In this document: positions 58,892 to 64,000 of the stretch, one piece after another
How positions within the stretch are numbered: the stretch's first letter is position 1
How the letters are laid out: each line of letters opens with the position of its first letter
Assembly (NCBI GenBank): GCA_041945105.1
Contig: CP145880.1
Coordinates: 378,982 to 442,981, forward strand
Direction: 5' to 3'
Origin: Candidatus Dasytiphilus stammeri
Lineage (GTDB): Bacteria > Pseudomonadota > Gammaproteobacteria > Enterobacterales > Enterobacteriaceae
DNA length: 64,000 nucleotides
Translations under genes and position numbers: made by a program
Notes under the pieces: generated by a model
Database searches by the model: none
What the model saw: the letters and a program-made list of their open reading frames with translations, nothing else
What the model was told of the DNA's origin: nothing

Positions 58892-60175
58892 TTAGTAATA
58901 ACTGATATGTCGTAGCTGACTAAAATATTGCGGATAGGTTTTATTTACACAACTAGGATTGAGAATTGTTATGGGTACTGAAGACAGTGCAATCAGAGAA
59001 AAACACATTGCCATGCGATGATCATTATAGGTCTCAATTGTCGAAGGTAGAATTTTTTTTGGAGGCGTAATACAGATATAATCCTTTCCTTCGATTACGT
59101 GTGCCCCGATTTTACGTAATTCTGTAGTCATCGCTTTCAATCGATCCGTTTCCTTAAGACGCCAACTATAAATATTACGTAATAAAGTAGTACCTTTAGC
59201 AAATATACACATAGTTGCTAACGTCATAGCAACATCTGGCATAGTATTCATATCTAAATCAATTGCTCTAAGACTATTACCACGTTTGCAACTAATTTCA
59301 TTAGTACTCCATTTAATTTCTGCTCCCATGTTTTCCAGTATATTAGCAAAATCAATATCTCCTTGTATACTATTGCGTCCAATACCGGTCACATGTACGG
59401 TTCCACCTTTAATAGCCGCAGCTGCTAAAAAATATGATGCTGAAGAAGCGTCTCCCTCTACTCTATAAGTTCCTGGAGAAATATAGGTTTGATTTCCATT
59501 GATCTGAAACTCACGATAGTTTTTATTTTCAAAAGTAATTCCAAATTCACGTAGTAAATGCAATGTTATATCAATATATGGACGTGATATTAATTTTCCT
59601 TTTATCATAATCCGTGTATTATTTCGTGCTAATGGTGCAGCCATTAATAGAGCACTTATAAACTGACTAGAAGAACTACCATCTAAGATTATTTCTCCAC
59701 CTATAAAACCTCCTCGTGAACGAAGTGGAGGATAATTTTTGCGTTCTAAATAGTCAATGTTTGCACCACCCTGACGTAATGATTCTACTAAATCTCCTAT
59801 TGGACGTTCTTTCATACGTGCTTCACCCGTTAACACTACATCATTATCAGTTAAACTAAGCGCCGCGGTAAGTGGACGCATAGCTGTCCCAGCATTTCCT
59901 AAGAAAAGTTCTAAATTATCATGTTTTAGCGGACCTCCACACCCTAACATTTTACAATTAGTATTTTCTTTGGACAGTTCATATTTTATACCTAGTTGAC
60001 CTAATGCTTTCAGCATATATCTAACATCATCACTGTCGAGGAGATTTTTTAACATAGTGATACCATTGGCTTGAGCGGCTATAAGTAAGGCACGGTTAGA
60101 TATGCTTTTAGATCCGGGTAAATCTATAGTACCATTTATTAACGATATTGGTTGTAATGTTAAAAAATCCGACAT
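58892..60175 (-). CDS. aroA: 3-phosphoshikimate 1-carboxyvinyltransferase (EPSP synthase)
   Basis: 427 aa. [24 protein letters not shown] and [10 protein letters not shown] motifs. Confidence 0.95.
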   Translation of the reverse strand: MSDFLTLQPISLINGTIDLPGSKSISNRALLIAAQANGITMLKNLLDSDDVRYMLKALGQLGIKYELSKENTNCKMLGCGGPLKHDNLELFLGNAGTAMRPLTAALSLTDNDVVLTGEARMKERPIGDLVESLRQGGANIDYLERKNYPPLRSRGGFIGGEIILDGSSSSQFISALLMAAPLARNNTRIMIKGKLISRPYIDITLHLLREFGITFENKNYREFQINGNQTYISPGTYRVEGDASSASYFLAAAAIKGGTVHVTGIGRNSIQGDIDFANILENMGAEIKWSTNEISCKRGNSLRAIDLDMNTMPDVAMTLATMCIFAKGTTLLRNIYSWRLKETDRLKAMTTELRKIGAHVIEGKDYICITPPKKILPSTIETYNDHRMAMCFSLIALSSVPITILNPSCVNKTYPQYFSQLRHISYY

Positions 60176-60232
60176 ATAGAAGATATTCTCCTTAATCTGG
60201 TTTAATTTCGGTTGATTTTTGAAACATACAAA

Positions 60233-60250
60233 TTCTCTCTTAAGAGAGAA
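60233..60250 (-). terminator. Perfect 18-nt palindrome, a possible weak terminator after trpS or an operator before aroA
   Basis: TTCTCTCTTAAGAGAGAA forms a 7-bp stem with a TTAA loop. On the minus strand it is followed by TTTGTATGTTT. It lies 146 nt past the trpS stop and 58 nt before the aroA start. The stem is AU-rich and weak. Confidence 0.3.
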
Positions 60251-60395
60251 GAAAGTATCCTGAATTTAAAACTAATATTGAACAATTATTTCATTTAATA
60301 ATGAATTATGATTGAATCAACTACATTTTAGGGCTTTCATCTAAAACCTTACATTAATTAATATTTCTTACTGCTTAACAAAAATTATGCCAACC

Positions 60396-61397
60396 TTAAT
60401 CAAGAATCAAACCAATTGCTTCATATACTTTATTCAACGTTTTTTTCGCATGAGATCGAGCTTTCAAAGCACCATCAATCATTATTTGATTAAGATATAA
60501 TTTATCATTACGATATTGATAATATCTTTCTTGAAGATCAATTATAATTCTACAAATAGCATCTACTACAGCTAGCTTAAGATCACTATACATTTTCGCA
60601 GCAAATTCTTGTTCTAATTCAGTCATAGATTGGTCTGTTATTGCAGATAAAATATTTAGTAAATTTGAGATTCCAGGTTTTTGATTAATATCATAACATA
60701 TTATAGGTGGTTGATCTGAATCAGTGACAGCACGATTAATTTTTTTTAAGATTGAATTAGGTGATTCTAGCATCGTAATAACATTATTAGGATTATGATC
60801 AGATTTGGACATTTTTTTATGGGGTTGTAATAGAGATCGAATTTTTGAACCTGATGAGTTTATTAAAGGTTCCGGAAGATTGAAGACATGACCATATAAG
60901 GTATTAAAACGATGAGCAAGATCTCTACATAATTCTAAATGTTGTCTTTGATCTTCACCGACAGGTACGTACTGAGTTTGATACAATAAAATATCTGCAG
61001 CCATTAAGACAGGATAATCAAATAATCCAACATTAATCTTACTAGAAGAAAGTAAGATTTTGTGTTGTAATTGTCTCATTCTTTTTAATTCACCTAAATA
61101 AGCATAACAATTTAGAATCCAATTAAGCTGAGTATGTTCAGGAACATGTGATTGTACAAAAATAATACATTTCTCTGGTTCTAATCCGCAAGCTAGATAT
61201 AAGGCTAAAGTGTCTAAGATTGCTTTACGCAATTGTGAGGGGTTTTGATGAACCGTAATAGCATGTAAATCAACTATACTATATATACATTGGAATTTAT
61301 CCTGCAATTTTACCCATTGACGTAATGCCCCTATATAATTTCCAATAGTTAATTCGCCTGATGGTTGTATTCCACTAAATACAATTTTTTTTTTCAT
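60396..61397 (-). CDS. trpS: Tryptophanyl-tRNA synthetase
   Basis: [15 protein letters not shown] (HIGH-equivalent) and KMSKS present. 333 aa. Confidence 0.95.
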   Translation of the reverse strand: MKKKIVFSGIQPSGELTIGNYIGALRQWVKLQDKFQCIYSIVDLHAITVHQNPSQLRKAILDTLALYLACGLEPEKCIIFVQSHVPEHTQLNWILNCYAYLGELKRMRQLQHKILLSSSKINVGLFDYPVLMAADILLYQTQYVPVGEDQRQHLELCRDLAHRFNTLYGHVFNLPEPLINSSGSKIRSLLQPHKKMSKSDHNPNNVITMLESPNSILKKINRAVTDSDQPPIICYDINQKPGISNLLNILSAITDQSMTELEQEFAAKMYSDLKLAVVDAICRIIIDLQERYYQYRNDKLYLNQIMIDGALKARSHAKKTLNKVYEAIGLILD

Positions 61398-61399
61398 TA

Positions 61400-62089
61400 T
61401 TAAATATTAACCAATTTTTTACATTTTTTTAATTCATTCTGTATGAAATTGATAATTTGCTTATAATCTAATTGATTAAATATAGCTGAACCTATTACAA
61501 AGATATCTGCACCAGCTCTGGCAATCTCGCCAATATTATTAATTTTAATTCCTCCATCTACTTCTAAATGAAGATCATAAGCCTTCTCATCAATAATCCG
61601 ACGTATTTGTTTGATTTTTAATAATGTGCTAGGAATAAAAGATTGTCCCCCAAAACCTGGTTTGACAGACATCAATAAAATGACATCAATTTTATTTAAA
61701 AATTTTTCAATTGAACTGAGTGGAGTGTTAGGATTTAATACTAAACCGGCTTTACATCCATATGTTTTGATGAACTCAATAGATTTATCGATATGTTCGG
61801 AAGTTTCAGGATGAAAAGTAATACTACTAACACCTAGTTTAGCAAATTCTTTAATTAAATCATTCACAGGGTTTACCATTAAATGAACCTCAAATAAAGA
61901 TGCATTGAAGCCATCTTCTATAAGTGATTTCAATATTATTGGACCTATAGTTAAATTAGGAACATAATGATTATCCATTACATCTAAATGAATAAGATTA
62001 GCCCCAGCTGTTAATACATTAGCAATCTCCTCGCCTAATTTAGCAAAATTAGCCGACAAAATTGAAGATGCTAGTAAAAAACGTTTCAT
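61400..62089 (-). CDS. rpe: Ribulose-phosphate 3-epimerase
   Basis: [35 protein letters not shown] and VDGGI motifs. Confidence 0.9.
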   Translation of the reverse strand: MKRFLLASSILSANFAKLGEEIANVLTAGANLIHLDVMDNHYVPNLTIGPIILKSLIEDGFNASLFEVHLMVNPVNDLIKEFAKLGVSSITFHPETSEHIDKSIEFIKTYGCKAGLVLNPNTPLSSIEKFLNKIDVILLMSVKPGFGGQSFIPSTLLKIKQIRRIIDEKAYDLHLEVDGGIKINNIGEIARAGADIFVIGSAIFNQLDYKQIINFIQNELKKCKKLVNI

Positions 62090-62099
62090 TGATTTTAAT

Positions 62100-63188
62100 T
62101 TAAAAATTTGTACTATTTTTAATAACTGATAGAATTATATCTTCTGATACATTAGTGCAAATTTTCGATTTTCCTAATGCTAAAGGCAAAATTAATCGCA
62201 ATTTACCATCGAGTACTTTTTTATCATGCAACATATGCAGCCAAATATTTTTGGGTTCTAAATAAGATGGAACACATACTGGTAACCCAGAATGTTGTAA
62301 TAATCTTATGATACGGTTAGTTTCAGACTGTTTAAAGTTTACCATAATTTCCGCAGTACGAGACGCTAATACTAACCCAATCGCAACCGCCTCTCCATGA
62401 AGCATCTTACCATACCCCATTTCGGTTTCAAGAGCGTGAGCATAAGTATGACCTAAGTTTAATAAAGCTCGCCAATTGCTTTCTCGTTCATCAGTAGTTA
62501 CTACTTTAGCTTTTAATTCACAACAATAACGTATGCACTTTGAAATAGTATTTCGTTCAAGAGATAGTATATTATCTATATTATTCTCTAACCAATCAAA
62601 AAAAATATTATCTAAAGCAATTCCATATTTTATTACTTCTGCCATTCCACAGACTAATTGTCGTTTGGGTAAACTGTTTAAACAGTCAAGATCTATAATG
62701 ACTGATACAGGTTGATAAAAAGCTCCAATCATATTTTTAGCTAAAGGATGATTAATAGCGGTTTTTCCTCCTACAGAGGAATCTACCTGTGCCAATAGTG
62801 TAGTTGGAACTTGAATCAAACGAACTCCTCGATGATAACTGGCCGCGGCGAAACCGGTAATATCTCCAATAACACCTCCTCCTAACGCAATTAAAGTGGT
62901 ATCACGACCATGTGATTGTTCTATTAAAGAAGTATATAATTCATTTAATAATGAAATATTTTTATATTTTTCTCCATCAGGTAAAATAATATAATCAGCA
63001 AGAATTCCAGCATTTTTCAATATTTCTACTAACTCTTTAAGATAAAGAGCCGCTATGGTTTTATTAGTGATTATCATGGCTGGTTCTCCAGCCTTTAATG
63101 GCCAAAAATAAGTAGATTGTTTTAATAATCCAGCAGCAATAGTAATCGGATAACTACGTTTATTTAATTTAACTATAATCCTTTCCAT
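62100..63188 (-). CDS. aroB: 3-dehydroquinate synthase
   Basis: [16 protein letters not shown]-binding motif and the metal ligands in [12 protein letters not shown] / HGEAVAIG. Confidence 0.9.
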   Translation of the reverse strand: MERIIVKLNKRSYPITIAAGLLKQSTYFWPLKAGEPAMIITNKTIAALYLKELVEILKNAGILADYIILPDGEKYKNISLLNELYTSLIEQSHGRDTTLIALGGGVIGDITGFAAASYHRGVRLIQVPTTLLAQVDSSVGGKTAINHPLAKNMIGAFYQPVSVIIDLDCLNSLPKRQLVCGMAEVIKYGIALDNIFFDWLENNIDNILSLERNTISKCIRYCCELKAKVVTTDERESNWRALLNLGHTYAHALETEMGYGKMLHGEAVAIGLVLASRTAEIMVNFKQSETNRIIRLLQHSGLPVCVPSYLEPKNIWLHMLHDKKVLDGKLRLILPLALGKSKICTNVSEDIILSVIKNSTNF

Positions 63189-63242
63189 AGTGGCGAAGTA
63201 CCTTCTATTGGGTTGAATAAATCTATTGGTTTTCTGTATTTA

Positions 63243-63764
63243 TTAATTTTTTTTCAGCATAAACAGAATTTTATTTACAACCACTTTAGCGTTTTGATTG
63301 TCGGTACAAATAGTAATATCAGCTATTTCTTCGTATAAAGGATTACGTTCTGATGCAAGGTTTTGTAAGATTTTAACAGGTGGAAACTCTCCTAACAACA
63401 AAGGACGTTTTTTATCACGTTGGGTGCGTGATAATTGGTTGTCTACAGTGGTTTTAAGATATACCACTACACCTCGAGCAGATAAGCGATTACGTATTTC
63501 ACGGGATTTCACCGATCCACCTCCTGTAGCTAACACAATCCCTTGTTTTTCGGTCAGTTCAGAAATAATTTTTTCTTCACGTATACGAAACCCTTCTTCA
63601 CCTTCTACATCAAATACCCAACTGATATCTGCTCCCGTACGCCGTTCAATTTCTTGATCCGAATCAAAAAATTGCATATTAAGTTGTTGAGCTAATTGTC
63701 GTCCAATAGTACTTTTTCCAGCTCCCATTGGCCCAATTAAAAAAATATTACGTTTTTCTACCAT
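63243..63764 (-). CDS. aroK: Shikimate kinase I
   Basis: [18 protein letters not shown]-loop and VLATGGG motif. 173 aa as in E. coli AroK. It heads the aroK-aroB-(dam)-rpe-trpS block. Confidence 0.9.
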   Translation of the reverse strand: MVEKRNIFLIGPMGAGKSTIGRQLAQQLNMQFFDSDQEIERRTGADISWVFDVEGEEGFRIREEKIISELTEKQGIVLATGGGSVKSREIRNRLSARGVVVYLKTTVDNQLSRTQRDKKRPLLLGEFPPVKILQNLASERNPLYEEIADITICTDNQNAKVVVNKILFMLKKN

Positions 63765-64000
63765 TTTTTTTTAGTGTTTAAATTGATACTTTAGGAATCG
63801 AAAATGAAAGTAATAATTCTTGATTTTTATAAAAAAATCCTTTTTGTATTGAATACAATATAGTATTCCCTTCTCTTATTTAAGAAAACAATAATTTTAC
63901 TATAAATCAATCTTTTTCAAGAAGATTATATATCATTTATTTGTAATTGGTATTTAATAGTGTTAACTCTTAATTACAATTACTGATTTTTAAATGGTAT

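Overview
AT-rich (about 30% GC judged by eye) and very gene-dense, with the content and E. coli-like micro-synteny of a reduced-genome Enterobacterales insect endosymbiont (Blochmannia-like). The taxon cannot be fixed from sequence alone. I call 58 CDS, 9 tRNAs and 1 clear pseudogene (nupC). I saw no rRNA, IS element, prophage or CRISPR. Most genes are housekeeping blocks that keep E. coli order: ybfF-fldA, glnS, metT-leuW-glnU tRNAs, miaB-ybeY-leuS-holA-lipB-lipA, cspE, cyoABCD, tig-clpP-clpX-lon-ppiD, aroC-prmB, ydjM, thrS-infC-rpmI-rplT-pheST, pyrF, sohB, yciC, clsA, tyrS-pdxH, grxD, mdtK, ydiK, proC, serS, trxB-infA, gltX, rpsA-cmk-aroA and trpS-rpe-aroB-aroK. The stand-out is a minus-strand operon at 44.9-51.4 kb: QueE, GTP cyclohydrolase I, QueD, a CBS-less IMPDH/GMP-reductase-family enzyme, a Gpt-like phosphoribosyltransferase and a short UbiD-family decarboxylase. 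It ends with an HD-domain 5'-nucleotidase fused to the malic-enzyme half of MaeB. There is no queC in the operon or elsewhere in the window. This enzyme set matches the logic of tubercidin-type 7-deazapurine nucleoside biosynthesis (the actinomycete tub/toy clusters) rather than queuosine synthesis, which suggests a nucleoside-antibiotic-like pathway in an obligate symbiont. Directly upstream and co-directional is a retained YpdA/YpdB (LytS/LytTR) two-component pair whose kinase has lost its entire membrane sensor domain. Next to that lie tRNA-Arg(CCU) and a decayed nupC nucleoside permease. All family assignments rest on motif recognition and recalled E. coli sequences. No database search was possible.
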